This document shows, piece after piece, positions 9,546 to 20,207 of a stretch of DNA of 64,000 nucleotides. The translations under genes were made by a program, and so were the position numbers. The notes under the pieces are model-generated. The model ran no database searches, had not been told where the DNA came from, and worked only from the letters and a program-made list of their open reading frames with translations. Within the stretch, counting starts at the first letter, position 1. Every line of letters begins with the position of its first letter. Origin of the DNA: Terracidiphilus sp. (GTDB lineage Bacteria > Acidobacteriota > Terriglobia > Terriglobales > Acidobacteriaceae). The DNA is taken from assembly GCA_036502485.1 (NCBI GenBank), contig DASXYM010000016.1, one strand, 5' to 3'.

Positions 9546-10448
9546 TCATGCGCCCGCGCCGTGCTTTACGTCCGCCAGCACCTGCTCGACCGTCCACTCA
9601 TTTCCAGGATAAAACTGGTTCACCTTGCCATCCGCGCCGATCAGCGTCGTCGAAAGCGTGTGCGTAATGTTCGCCTCTGAATCCTTCGTGATCCCGACGT
9701 CGAAAAACTGCGCCATCTTGTCGACCGTCGCCTTGTCTGGAACCGCAAAGTCCCAGTGCGCAAATGCGCTCTTCGCATCGCTGCCGATGTATGTCGCTCC
9801 GTACGCCCGCAGACGCGCCGGCGTGTCATTCTCCGGATCAAAGCTCACACACAGCAGATGCGTCTTGCTGTACACCGCGGGATCGGACTGCAGCTGCCGA
9901 TCGATCTGCGCAAACTGCCGCGTCACGCGCGGGCAAAACTCCGGCATCGGGCAGCGCGTATAGATGAACGTAACCAGCAGTTGCTTGCCGCGAAACTGAT
10001 TCAGCGATATCGCCCGGTCATCCTGGTTGCGCAGCTTGAAGTCCGGAACAGCGTCGCCAGGCGAGGGCACATGATACTGCGACGTGGGCTTGTAATCGGG
10101 CTTGCCCTGCGCCACCACCACGATATGATCAAGCAGAATATCGGCATCGGGAGTCTGCGACACCAGCACGTCCGCAGTGATCACATCGCCTGGGTGCAGT
10201 TCGCTCAGAACGCCCGGGTCCTTCACCTTGTACGGCATCGTCATGGCTTCCATGAAGCCAGGAATTGCCTGGTGGTTCACCGTCACCTCGCCGGTCTTCA
10301 GGTTCGTCGACATGACCTTGCCCTTCAGCTTGTAGGTCTTGTAAGACGAATCCGCTGAGGAGGGTTGGTCGCTGCTGGCAGCCTTATGGCACCCCGGCAG
10401 CAGGATCGTAGCGGCGAGAATTGTGAGGCTGGCGTATCGGCGGATCAC
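9546..10448 (-). CDS. SCO family copper chaperone with an N-terminal CusF-like domain (lipoprotein)
   Basis: Lipobox LLPGC, NHQAIPGFMEAMTMPY, FIYTRCPMPEFCP, VSFDPENDTP, ITHTLST. Confidence 0.88.
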   Translation of the reverse strand: MIRRYASLTILAATILLPGCHKAASSDQPSSADSSYKTYKLKGKVMSTNLKTGEVTVNHQAIPGFMEAMTMPYKVKDPGVLSELHPGDVITADVLVSQTPDADILLDHIVVVAQGKPDYKPTSQYHVPSPGDAVPDFKLRNQDDRAISLNQFRGKQLLVTFIYTRCPMPEFCPRVTRQFAQIDRQLQSDPAVYSKTHLLCVSFDPENDTPARLRAYGATYIGSDAKSAFAHWDFAVPDKATVDKMAQFFDVGITKDSEANITHTLSTTLIGADGKVNQFYPGNEWTVEQVLADVKHGAGA

Positions 10449-10523
10449 CCCTCAGTCTACAACCCCGGACGAGCTGTGTTCGGCAGCATGGCAATGCGTA
10501 CCCGGACAGCGTATAACGCTGAA

Positions 10524-13208
10524 ATGGGGTCCCAACCAGCGGCTGAGATCGATGCCCACCTGTGCGCCGGTGGTACTGTCGTTGCCGCAAGCGATCGCGC
10601 CGCCCGGGCCCTTGCAGCCGCCTACCACCGCTCTCGACGCGCCGAGGGCAAAGAAGCATGGGCTTCCCCCCGAATCTACAGTTGGCACACCTTCATCAGG
10701 CTCGCATGGGAAGAGCGCGCGTCGGCCCCGCCCCTGATCCTCAATCCCACCCAGGAACTGACCTTGTGGGAACAACTGGTCGGCGCCGGAAACCATGCAG
10801 CCGCCCTGCTCGAAGCGCCCCGGCGGAATCTTGCCGCCATGGCCATGCGTGGCCACGCCCTGCTCTGTTCGCACGCGCCGCAGTTCCTCGAACCCAGAAC
10901 ACGTACCGCCTGGGACCAGGATTGCGCCGCCTTCAGCGCCTGGCTCTCAGAGTTCGACGAGCTCTGCCGCGCCCATCACGCTGTCAGCGCAAATCGCCTG
11001 CCGCTCCAACTCATCCCTTTGCTCCAGTCCGATACGGACCTGCGGCCACACCTGCTGCTGGCTGGCTTCGACCGCCTCGAGCCGGTTCAATCTGCCGTCT
11101 TATCCGCCTGGGGTTCGTGGGCGCAGGTCGCTCCCTCTGATCCGGCACCGGCCATCCAGTTCTTCACAGCACCGGATCCTGCTGTCGAACTGGCTGCCGC
11201 AGCCGCATGGTGCAGCCGCCAACTCCGCGCAGCCCCGCACCGTCGTATCCTCGTCATCGCTCAGGACGTCAGAAACCGCCGCGGCGAGTTCGAGCGCGCG
11301 TTCCTTCACCACGCAATCTCTGATCCGCACTTCCGCTTCGAGTTCTCCCTCGGGCTGCCGCTCGCGCAAACCGCCCCCGTTCGTGCCGCGCAGTTGCTTC
11401 TCCGCTGGCTGAATGGCGAGCTCGCCGAGAATGAAGTGGACTGGCTCATCGCCTCCCCGTATGCCGCCGCTCAACTCGAATCCGCTGCCCTGCAGGCACG
11501 CATGCGTGCCCTCCGAAAGCGCGGCTTACAGCGCACCCACTGGACGCTGAAAACGTTCCGCCAGGGCGCCGCCCCCGCACCCCTTCCGGAAACGTGGCTC
11601 CATCGCATGCAGGCGGCGCAGGCGCAGCTTGATAGCCTCATGCAGCGCCGGCGCAGCCCCCTGGAATGGGCCGACGCCGTTCCGCAGCTCCTGGCTGCAT
11701 CGGGCTGGCCGGGCGCGAACGCCCTCACCAGCGCCGAGTTCCAGGTGCTCGGCCGCTGGCAGGACGTCCTCGACACCTGCGGTTCGCTTGGCTTCAGCGG
11801 CAGCCGCATCAGTTGGCGCGAGTTTCTCGCCGAGCTGACGCACGCGGCAAACGAAACCTTGTTTGCGCCCCAGTCCGAGGATGCCCCCATCCTGATCTCC
11901 GGGCCCGCCGAATCAGCCGGCCTCACTGCCGACGCCGCCTGGTTCCTTGGCGCGACCGAAGACGCATGGCCCGCTGCCGGCGACTCCCACCCCCTTCTGC
12001 CCCTCGATGTGCAACGGCGCGCTGGCATGCCGCACTCCTCCGCTCAACTCGATTGGGATCTGGCCCAGACCATGACGGCCCGCATCGCCGCATCCGCCGG
12101 CGAACTGATATTCACTTGCCCGCGCCAGGCCGAAGGCGTAGAGGCGCGCGCCTCGCGAATCGTTATGGCGTTCGCCGGCCCTCCGCAGCCACTGCCTTCC
12201 GAGTGGATCCCCTCGCCCATCGCCGCCGACCTCACCCATGCCGTTGAAGACATCGAAGCCCTTCCTCTTGCTGCGGCCTCTTTACCGGATGCATCCGTTC
12301 CCCTGCGCGGCGGTGCAGCCCTGCTCACGGCACAGTCGCAATGCCCGTTCAAAGGTTTTGCCACCGGTCGCCTGCAGGCCAAATCGTGGGACCCCGCTCA
12401 GACAGGCCTCACGGCCGCCGAACGAGGACAACTACTGCACGCCGCCCTGCATTCCATCTGGGGCGGCCCTCCTGATGGCATGCGCTCCTCCCGCCAACTC
12501 AATCACATCGCCGACCTGCCGGAATTCGTCGCCATCCACGTGCGCCGCGCCATCGCTGACCACGCCCCTTCGCGCGTGCGCGATGAGATGCCCTCCCGCT
12601 ATCTCGAACTCGAAGCCGAGCGGCTCATCCGTCTTCTCAGCGAGTGGCTGCGTTTCGAACAGAAGCGCGTCGACTTCGAAGTTGTCGGTACTGAAATCGA
12701 TAAAACACGCACCATTGATGGGCTGTCTCTCGACCTCCGTCTTGATCGGCTCGACCGCCTCAACAACGGCGCCGTGCTCGTCATCGATTACAAAACCGGC
12801 GACGTCGCGCCGAAAGACTGGGACCTTCCCCGCCCCGAGGACGTCCAGTTGCCGCTTTATGCCGGCTTCGGCCTCGACGAAGACGAGACCATCGGCGGCC
12901 TCACCTTCGCCAGGGTGCGCCCCGGCGACATATGCTTCGCCGGCCGTATCGGCGACGCCAGGGCTACCCTCGACACCAATCTCAAATCGACATCCTCCCT
13001 CGTCAAAAATCCGTTCGATCTCGAACAGCTCATGGCCTGGCGCAACGAGATCCGAAAGCTCGCGCGCAACTTCCTCGCCGGTCGCGCTGACGTGGATCCA
13101 CGGGACTCCGCGACAACCTGCAAACGCTGCGGCCTGCAGACCATCTGCCGCATCGGCGAACAAGCCGTCCCCCTCGACGAACCGGAAGCGGAGGCGGCCT
13201 ATGACTAG
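10524..13208 (+). CDS. AddB-like PD-(D/E)XK nuclease subunit with a 4-Cys Fe-S motif
   Basis: QSQCPF...LRLDRLD...VIDYKTG...QLPLY...CKRCGLQTIC. Overlaps the start of the helicase gene. Confidence 0.85.
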   Translation: MGSQPAAEIDAHLCAGGTVVAASDRAARALAAAYHRSRRAEGKEAWASPRIYSWHTFIRLAWEERASAPPLILNPTQELTLWEQLVGAGNHAAALLEAPRRNLAAMAMRGHALLCSHAPQFLEPRTRTAWDQDCAAFSAWLSEFDELCRAHHAVSANRLPLQLIPLLQSDTDLRPHLLLAGFDRLEPVQSAVLSAWGSWAQVAPSDPAPAIQFFTAPDPAVELAAAAAWCSRQLRAAPHRRILVIAQDVRNRRGEFERAFLHHAISDPHFRFEFSLGLPLAQTAPVRAAQLLLRWLNGELAENEVDWLIASPYAAAQLESAALQARMRALRKRGLQRTHWTLKTFRQGAAPAPLPETWLHRMQAAQAQLDSLMQRRRSPLEWADAVPQLLAASGWPGANALTSAEFQVLGRWQDVLDTCGSLGFSGSRISWREFLAELTHAANETLFAPQSEDAPILISGPAESAGLTADAAWFLGATEDAWPAAGDSHPLLPLDVQRRAGMPHSSAQLDWDLAQTMTARIAASAGELIFTCPRQAEGVEARASRIVMAFAGPPQPLPSEWIPSPIAADLTHAVEDIEALPLAAASLPDASVPLRGGAALLTAQSQCPFKGFATGRLQAKSWDPAQTGLTAAERGQLLHAALHSIWGGPPDGMRSSRQLNHIADLPEFVAIHVRRAIADHAPSRVRDEMPSRYLELEAERLIRLLSEWLRFEQKRVDFEVVGTEIDKTRTIDGLSLDLRLDRLDRLNNGAVLVIDYKTGDVAPKDWDLPRPEDVQLPLYAGFGLDEDETIGGLTFARVRPGDICFAGRIGDARATLDTNLKSTSSLVKNPFDLEQLMAWRNEIRKLARNFLAGRADVDPRDSATTCKRCGLQTICRIGEQAVPLDEPEAEAAYD

Positions 13209-16200
13209 CTCGGCGCGCCCAGCCCCCGCCCGCCCCGCGCCTTCCGATCAGGCGCAACGCGAACGTGCCCTCGATCCGGCTCGATCGCTCATTGTGCAGG
13301 CGCCCGCCGGCTCCGGCAAAACTGACCTGCTCACCCGCCGCTTTCTTCGCCTTCTCGCGGAAGTAAACGACCCCGGCGAAGTCGTCGCCATCACCTTTAC
13401 AAAAGCTGCCGCCGCGGAGATGCGCCACCGCATCCTCGCTGAGCTCGAGAAAGCATCGTCGCCCCATCCGTCCCCGGCGACACACGACGAATTCGCGATG
13501 GACACTCTCGCGGCGCGGGCCCTCGCGCATTCCAACCGGCTGCGTTGGAACCTGCTGGAGTTGCCCAGCCAGCTCCGCATCTCCACCATCGATTCGTTCT
13601 GCCGCGAGATCGCCATCGAGCGCCCGCTCCTCACCAGTCTCGGTGGCGGTGTCGACATCGCCGAGCAGCCCGACGAGCTCTACCGCAACGCCGCCCGCAG
13701 CACACTCAAACAGCTCGGCGCAGCCCAGCGCTCCTCGCAGTTGCAGCAGGCCATCGAAGCGCTGCTCCTCTGGCGCGACAACAACTGGCAGGAACTCGAA
13801 AATCAACTCATCACCATGCTCCGCCAGCGTGACCGCTGGATGCAGGAATTCTGGCTGCGCGACTTCCGCGACGACGAAAGCAGTTGGAACGCCCTGCGCG
13901 AACTCCTTGAGCGCCCTTTTGCACGCGCCGTTGCCGAACACCTCTCGCACACAAGCCGCCTGCTTCTCAGCATCCCCGGCGCCTGCGATGAAGCGCACGA
14001 CCTCGCCCGCTTCGGTTGCGCACAGCATGGCTCGCTCTATCGTGAACTGGCGGAGATGGCCGACTTCCCGCATGCCCCCTTCGCCTCGCCCAGCGATCTT
14101 GAGGCCGCGCGCCAGGCGTATACCTGCCTCGCTCACCTTCTTCTCACCAACGATGGCGACTTTAGGAAGGCAGTTGATACTCGACGAGGCTTCCCATCCG
14201 ACTACAAGCGCGAGAAACAACGCCACCAGGAGCTCGTTAAAAATCTCCGAGGTGTTGAAGGCTTTGCGCAGGCGCTCGCAGGCGTCCGCGACCTCCCGCC
14301 GGTCCAATACTCTGAGGAAGACTGGCGCATCGTGCGCGCCTGCTTCATCCTGCTGCGCCACGCCGCCGCCCAGCTTCAGGTCGCGTTTGCTGAAGCGGGC
14401 ACCGTCGACTTCTCTGAAATTGCCCAGATCGCGCTGCGCATTCTCGAAGGCGAAGACCGCCTGCCCAGCGAAGCGGCGCTCCGCATCGCCGATGGCATCC
14501 ATCACCTGCTTGTCGATGAATTTCAAGACACCAGCCGCCGCCAGCACAAGCTGCTCGCCGCTCTGGTAGCGGCGTGGCCTGACACCGTCAACCGCTCGCT
14601 CTTCGTTGTCGGCGATCCCATGCAGTCCATCTATTTCTTCCGCGACGCCGACGCCGAGCTGTTCCCGCGCGTGCAGCAGGCAGGGCTTGAACTGCCGGCC
14701 CGCGAAGCGCTGTCACTCGAATCCATACAGCTTGAATCCAACTTCCGCACCCGCCCCGATCTCGTGCGCCGGATCAACACCACCTTCGAAGCCGTCTTCT
14801 CCGTCAACGATGGCAGCAGCGTGCGCTTCACCCCATCGCAGCCCGCACGACCCCCTGGCCAGAACCCCGGTTCCGGGTTTTCCCTGCACGTCGAATTCGT
14901 TCCGCAGGCGGTGCGCGCCCATCCCGGCAATCCCGACTCTGCATCGCTCAAGGAACAATCGGCTGCCGAATGCGACGCCGCGCTCGAAGCTCAAATCGTC
15001 GAGATCGTCGACCTCATTCGCAGCCGCATGGGCGCCATGCAGGAGGCGCGCGCGCGTGGTGAAAAATATCGCATCGCCGTGCTTGGCCGCGCCCGCACCG
15101 CGCTCGCACCCATTGCTCACGCGCTGCGCGACGCAGCCATTCCCTTTCGCGCCGTCGAGCTTGAACAACTCGGCGATCGTCCCGAGGTCCTCGACGCCCT
15201 CGCCCTCGCTGGCGCCTTGCAGAACGTCGAGGATCGTGTTGCCTGGCTCGGTACATTGCGTGCGCCGTGGTGTGCGCTCTCGCTCGCTGACCTGCACCTG
15301 CTGACCAGCGCCGACGATCCCGCCATTCAATCTCGGCCCATCCTCACACTGATGCGGGAACGCGGACCTCTGCTCAGTGCAAGCGGCCGGCTCGCCATCG
15401 ACCGTCTCCTGAATGCATATGACGAGGCCGCCTCGTTCCGCGCTGCCATGCCCGGAATCGCGCCCGGAACATGGCTGCAGCAGGTGTGGTTGCGCCTGGG
15501 GGGAGCCTCCTGCGTCGATGCTGCGGCATACGCCAATATCGAATTGCTGTGGCGCAGCCTCGATCACCTGCCCGCTGGAGACTGCGACCTCGCAAGCCCC
15601 GCGCTTGCAGCCGCCCTGAATAAACTCACCGCCCTTCCTGATCCCGATGCTGAATCTGATTGCGGCGTGCACCTCATGACCATTCACAAATCCAAGGGCC
15701 TGGAATTTGAAGTGGTCATCGTGCCGGAACTGCAGGCTCGCTCCGGCAGTACACGAACTTCCATGTTCGGCTGGCTCGAGCGCGGCGTTGAAACTCCTGA
15801 CGAATCCGGCGAGATCACCGAATTCCTCATCGCGCCTCTCCAGACCAGGGGAGGAGACCGCGGCCCATCGAAGGGATGGGTTGATTGCCAGTACCGCACC
15901 AAGGAGGCGCAGGAGACCCGCCGCATCCTTTATGTGGCTGCAACCCGGGCGCGCGAAGAATTGCACCTGTTCGCGCGCCTCAGCTACAAACTCTCCGATG
16001 AAGAGCCGGCCCTCTGCGATCCCGCCGAGAGCCTTCTCTTGAAAGCATGGCCCGCCCTGGAAGACGAACTCCGCGATCTATTCAATCAATGGAAAGCCGC
16101 GCCGCAGCCGGCAGAGGCCCTCTCGCTTGCCGCCGCCGCGGACAATGTGATTCCGATCCGGCCGGCGGGCAAGCCCGCAATTTTGCATCGTCTGCCCAGC

Positions 16201-16839
16201 GACTTCGCACCGCCTCGGAAGATCGACTCTCTTGCTGCAGAAGCCGCGACAGGACAGCCCGCCACGGCGCCTTATCAGCGGCACGAAGGGGGACTGCTCT
16301 CGCGCGCGCGCGGCACCGCCATTCACCTCGCACTCGAGCACCTCGCAAATCTCCGCTCGTCCCATGACTGGGATACCGCGCGTGCGAAGCTCGAGAACAT
16401 CCATGAACGTATCTCCGCCCGCGTGCGCGCCACCGGCATTGATCCCCAGAGCGCACGTGATATCGCCACGGAAGCCGTCGACGCAGCCCGGCGCGTTTCA
16501 TTCGATCCGCCCGGCGCGTGGATCCTCTCGCCGCACGCCGATGCCGCCGCCGAGGCGAGCTGGACCGGCATCCTCAATGGCGATTTGCGTACCGTGCAGG
16601 CAGATCGCGTGTTCCGCGCCGGAGCCGGCCCGCTCCAACCGGGCTCGCACGTGTGGTGGATCGTGGACTACAAGACGCATGCCGGCGATGCAGGCTCAGT
16701 CGCAGAACTGCGGGAGTTCTTCGCACCCCAGCTCAATGTCTACGCCAGCGTCTTGCGCAAGCTGCATGGATCTGACATCGCGATCCGCGCCGGCCTTTAC
16801 TATCCACGCATGCTGCAGTTCGACTGGTGGGAGGCGTAA
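13201..16839 (+). CDS. AddA-like UvrD helicase-nuclease
   Basis: QAPAGSGKT, AITFTKAAAAEM, LVDEFQDTS, VGDPMQSIY, MTIHKSKGLEF, YVAATRA, and C-terminal ADRVF...IVDYKT. ATG 13201 overlaps the addB-like stop. Confidence 0.92.
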   Translation: MTSSARPAPARPAPSDQAQRERALDPARSLIVQAPAGSGKTDLLTRRFLRLLAEVNDPGEVVAITFTKAAAAEMRHRILAELEKASSPHPSPATHDEFAMDTLAARALAHSNRLRWNLLELPSQLRISTIDSFCREIAIERPLLTSLGGGVDIAEQPDELYRNAARSTLKQLGAAQRSSQLQQAIEALLLWRDNNWQELENQLITMLRQRDRWMQEFWLRDFRDDESSWNALRELLERPFARAVAEHLSHTSRLLLSIPGACDEAHDLARFGCAQHGSLYRELAEMADFPHAPFASPSDLEAARQAYTCLAHLLLTNDGDFRKAVDTRRGFPSDYKREKQRHQELVKNLRGVEGFAQALAGVRDLPPVQYSEEDWRIVRACFILLRHAAAQLQVAFAEAGTVDFSEIAQIALRILEGEDRLPSEAALRIADGIHHLLVDEFQDTSRRQHKLLAALVAAWPDTVNRSLFVVGDPMQSIYFFRDADAELFPRVQQAGLELPAREALSLESIQLESNFRTRPDLVRRINTTFEAVFSVNDGSSVRFTPSQPARPPGQNPGSGFSLHVEFVPQAVRAHPGNPDSASLKEQSAAECDAALEAQIVEIVDLIRSRMGAMQEARARGEKYRIAVLGRARTALAPIAHALRDAAIPFRAVELEQLGDRPEVLDALALAGALQNVEDRVAWLGTLRAPWCALSLADLHLLTSADDPAIQSRPILTLMRERGPLLSASGRLAIDRLLNAYDEAASFRAAMPGIAPGTWLQQVWLRLGGASCVDAAAYANIELLWRSLDHLPAGDCDLASPALAAALNKLTALPDPDAESDCGVHLMTIHKSKGLEFEVVIVPELQARSGSTRTSMFGWLERGVETPDESGEITEFLIAPLQTRGGDRGPSKGWVDCQYRTKEAQETRRILYVAATRAREELHLFARLSYKLSDEEPALCDPAESLLLKAWPALEDELRDLFNQWKAAPQPAEALSLAAAADNVIPIRPAGKPAILHRLPSDFAPPRKIDSLAAEAATGQPATAPYQRHEGGLLSRARGTAIHLALEHLANLRSSHDWDTARAKLENIHERISARVRATGIDPQSARDIATEAVDAARRVSFDPPGAWILSPHADAAAEASWTGILNGDLRTVQADRVFRAGAGPLQPGSHVWWIVDYKTHAGDAGSVAELREFFAPQLNVYASVLRKLHGSDIAIRAGLYYPRMLQFDWWEA

Positions 16840-16846
16840 CACCCCG

Positions 16847-18685
16847 TCACTCTGTGACGCCCAGCCCGATAGCTCGCATGAGCTTCAGCGCGTTGCTGGT
16901 CTGCACCACGCCCGGTTTCAGCTTGTAGTCGAAAATGAGCCCATCGCCTTCGATTCGATCCTCGAAATGCGCATTGAATGCATGGCCGCCCATCCCATCT
17001 GGAATGCCCGTGAGTGCCAGATCGTGCGTGCTCACAATCCCGATCGCCCGATGCTGAACCATCTCGCGCAAAACAAACTCCGTCCCCGCCAGCCGGTCAT
17101 GCGAGTTGGTGCCCGACAGCAATTCGTCCAGCAGAAACAGCACCGGGACCGGGCCTGCGGCCAGATCGGCAATCATCTTGACTCTGCGAATCTCCGCATA
17201 AAAACGCGACACGCCCCCACTCAACGAATCCAGAATGCAGATCGACGCCGCTACCTGCAAAGGAGACATCGCCAGCCTGCGGGCACGCACCGGCGCGCCA
17301 CACTGCGCGAGCACAGCATTCACCCCAATGGCGCGAATGAATGTGCTCTTGCCGGCCATATTCGGCCCGCTCAGAATCATCAACTGGCGCTCGCCATCCA
17401 GATGGAAGTCATTCTCCACTGCTTTGCCAATCGCCAGCAGAGGGTGCGCAAGGCATTCGGCATTGAAGATCGAGCCCTCAGGCACAATCTCGGGAAACGC
17501 ATAATCCGGGTGCTCGAACGCGAAGCTTGCCAGCGAGCCGAGCGCCTCCAGTTGGCCCACCGCGTTGAACCACGTCTGAAGCTCAGGCCCAAAACTACGC
17601 TGCCAGTGCTCCGCGGCAAAAATCAGTTGGGCGCTCCAGAATGTAACCAGATCGAGCGGCCGCGCGAACAGGCTGTGCCGCGATTCGATCAGTTCTGCAA
17701 GGCGCGCCAGCTTGCGGATGGCGTGCGACGGCGACACCCCTTGCCGCTGCAGCGCAGACTGCAACGCCTTCAGCTTCGGAGCAGCGAATTTTTGCGCTTC
17801 AAATAGAGCAAGCACTGCGGCCAGCAGCCTCAGATCACCCGCTCTTTCAATTCCCTGCGCGGCAGCATCCAGTCGGGCGGCGATCTTGTGCGCGTAAGAA
17901 AAGTTCAGCAGCGTCATCAGCAACGCAGGCGCCGGAGTTCCCCACATGGCCCACGCCACCAGACTGCCGATCCAGAGCACTGCCAGCACAGAGGTCAACG
18001 TGCGCGTAGCGGCCGAGGTAAGCACCGGCGCCGCGGTTCCCCACCGCATCAGCACCTCCGGATCCACTGCATTGCGGACCGGCTCGCCTGCCGACGCAAT
18101 CTTCTCCCGGAATGCCAGACGCGATGACAGCTCCCGCACCGCCGCCTGGCGAGCCGCTATCTCCCTCGCAGGCGCCGGTTCCAGCAGCCAGCCTGCCAAA
18201 GTATCTTCTCCGCTGTGCGTGCGAGCCGTACACAAATATTGGAATACCGATGCATTTCCAAACATGTCGAGATCGCGCGCATACGGATGATCGCCTTTCA
18301 GGAACCGCTCGCCTGTCTGGGTCAGCTCTTGCCATTGATCCTGCAGTCGCGCCAGTCCATCCTGATAGAAACGGATCGCCCGCGCGCGCCGGCGCATCGA
18401 CTCGAGCAGCTTTTCATGCAATATTGCGAGGACAACGAACACCAGTGCCGGCGCCAGTAAAAGCAGCAACCCCGTCGCATGGTGAATCAGAAAGCCGGCA
18501 GCAATCAACGTGAATGCCGCGATACCAAGCTTGCTCGCGCCGTAGATGCGGCCGCGTCGCTTCGCCGCCAACTGCAGCCGTTCCAGACCCTCGAGCTGAT
18601 TTTTGTATTCGGCTTCAGGAGGCCGGGGCGTGCCCACGCCAGTTTGCGCCGCGTCTCGTTCCGGAGCAGGATTCATAACCTGCAC
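16847..18685 (-). CDS. MutS-related ATPase (domain V only) with N-terminal TM segments
   Basis: LSGPNMAGKSTF, LFLLDELLSGTNS, STHD, FDYKLKPG, plus two hydrophobic regions. No mismatch-binding domain seen. Confidence 0.85.
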   Translation of the reverse strand: MQVMNPAPERDAAQTGVGTPRPPEAEYKNQLEGLERLQLAAKRRGRIYGASKLGIAAFTLIAAGFLIHHATGLLLLLAPALVFVVLAILHEKLLESMRRRARAIRFYQDGLARLQDQWQELTQTGERFLKGDHPYARDLDMFGNASVFQYLCTARTHSGEDTLAGWLLEPAPAREIAARQAAVRELSSRLAFREKIASAGEPVRNAVDPEVLMRWGTAAPVLTSAATRTLTSVLAVLWIGSLVAWAMWGTPAPALLMTLLNFSYAHKIAARLDAAAQGIERAGDLRLLAAVLALFEAQKFAAPKLKALQSALQRQGVSPSHAIRKLARLAELIESRHSLFARPLDLVTFWSAQLIFAAEHWQRSFGPELQTWFNAVGQLEALGSLASFAFEHPDYAFPEIVPEGSIFNAECLAHPLLAIGKAVENDFHLDGERQLMILSGPNMAGKSTFIRAIGVNAVLAQCGAPVRARRLAMSPLQVAASICILDSLSGGVSRFYAEIRRVKMIADLAAGPVPVLFLLDELLSGTNSHDRLAGTEFVLREMVQHRAIGIVSTHDLALTGIPDGMGGHAFNAHFEDRIEGDGLIFDYKLKPGVVQTSNALKLMRAIGLGVTE

Positions 18686-18741
18686 TCAAGACTATCGTGA
18701 CCGCTGGCCCTCTGGTCTGCCGAACGCCCCCGGCTGTCTGC

Positions 18742-19452
18742 TCAATCGGCCGAGGAGGGCGTCGGCTTGTTCTGCGCCTGCTGCCGCGCCATCACGCTCT
18801 TGTGGTGCCGCACATCGGCTCCCTGCACCCAGAAGATCACGTCTTCGGCAATATTGGTGGCGTGGTCCGCCACCCGCTCCAGGCTGCGGCTGATCATCAG
18901 CGCGTTAAGCGCCTGCGGAGCCAGGTGGCTCTGCTCTTCCATCACCTTGGTCAGTGCCTTGTATGCACTGCGATTCATCGCGTCCACCGCGTCATCCATG
19001 GTGAGCACAGAACGCGCCAGTTCGGCATTCGCGTCAATAAAAGATTGCAGGCTCTTGCGCACCATATCGGCCGCCAGCGTCGCCATGCGCGGAATATCCA
19101 CCGGCAGTTCGGCACTGGGCAATTGCTCAATCTGGCGCACGCGATCGCTGATGTTCTTGGCGGAATCCCCCACGCGCTCCAGATCGGAATTGATCTTGAT
19201 CACGCTCAGAATGAAGCGCAGGTCCGAGGCCATCGGCTGTTCCATCGCCAGCAGATCGAGCGCCGCATGATCGATGTCGCGCTCCATGCGGTTGATCGCT
19301 ATCTCGCTGCGGCTTACCAGATCGCAGATCGACAGATCGCGGGTGCGATATGCCTCTACCGCCCGCTGGATAGACTGTTCGGCCAGACCCGCCATGACCA
19401 GCAGGTTTTCCTTCAGGTCTTCCAGGCTCTGCTGAAATTTGATGCGTGTCAT
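18742..19452 (-). CDS. phoU: Phosphate signalling protein PhoU
   Basis: [37 protein letters not shown]; last gene of the pst operon. Confidence 0.96.
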   Translation of the reverse strand: MTRIKFQQSLEDLKENLLVMAGLAEQSIQRAVEAYRTRDLSICDLVSRSEIAINRMERDIDHAALDLLAMEQPMASDLRFILSVIKINSDLERVGDSAKNISDRVRQIEQLPSAELPVDIPRMATLAADMVRKSLQSFIDANAELARSVLTMDDAVDAMNRSAYKALTKVMEEQSHLAPQALNALMISRSLERVADHATNIAEDVIFWVQGADVRHHKSVMARQQAQNKPTPSSAD

Positions 19453-20207
19453 CCGAACCTGCCTGTGATGTAGTCTTCTGTCCGCTTGTCGCTGGGATTG
19501 GTGAAGATCTTATGCGTGGAGTCGAACTCCACCAGCCGCCCATTCAGGAAAAACCCGGTCTTCTCCGCAACACGCGCCGCCTGCTGCATGTTGTGCGTCA
19601 CAATCACAATGGTGTATTGCGATTTCAGTTCAAAAATCAGATCCTCGATCTTCGATGTCGATACGGGATCGAGCGCGGATGCCGGCTCATCCATCAGCAG
19701 AACCTCAGGGTCGACAGCCAGCGCGCGCGCAATGCACAAACGCTGCTGCTGGCCGCCCGAAAGGCTCGCTCCCGACTTCTTCTTCAGGTCGTCTTTCACC
19801 TCGTCCCACAACGCTGCCTTCTTCAGCGAGCGCTCCACCGTCTCGTCCAGCACCCGGCGGTTGCGGAAGCCGTTCAGCTTCAGCCCCGAGGCAACGTTGT
19901 CGTAAATCGACATGGTCGGAAATGGGTTGGGCCGCTGGAACACCATGCCCACCCGCCTGCGAATCGATACCGGCTGTGAATCCGCATAAATATCCATTTC
20001 GCCCATCTTCACCACACCGGTGACGCGGGCTACCGGATTGGTCTCGTGCATCCGGTTGAGGCAGCGCACAAACGTGCTCTTACCGCAGCCTGAGGGACCG
20101 ATCAGCGCAGTCGCCTCGTTGGCCGGAATATGCAAACTGATGTCTTGCAGCGTGTGATTCGTGCCGTACCACGCGTTCAGCTTTTCCACTTCGATTCCGA
20201 CACCCAC
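19449..20207 (-). CDS. pstB: Phosphate ABC transporter ATP-binding protein
   Basis: [44 protein letters not shown]. Confidence 0.97.
   Translation of the reverse strand: MGVGIEVEKLNAWYGTNHTLQDISLHIPANEATALIGPSGCGKSTFVRCLNRMHETNPVARVTGVVKMGEMDIYADSQPVSIRRRVGMVFQRPNPFPTMSIYDNVASGLKLNGFRNRRVLDETVERSLKKAALWDEVKDDLKKKSGASLSGGQQQRLCIARALAVDPEVLLMDEPASALDPVSTSKIEDLIFELKSQYTIVIVTHNMQQAARVAEKTGFFLNGRLVEFDSTHKIFTNPSDKRTEDYITGRFG

Noticed and set aside
12238-13200. N-terminal 321-aa extension of the 1533-aa helicase ORF
   Set aside because: It overlaps the addB-like gene in another frame and has no motifs. ATG 13201, overlapping the addB stop, is the coherent start.
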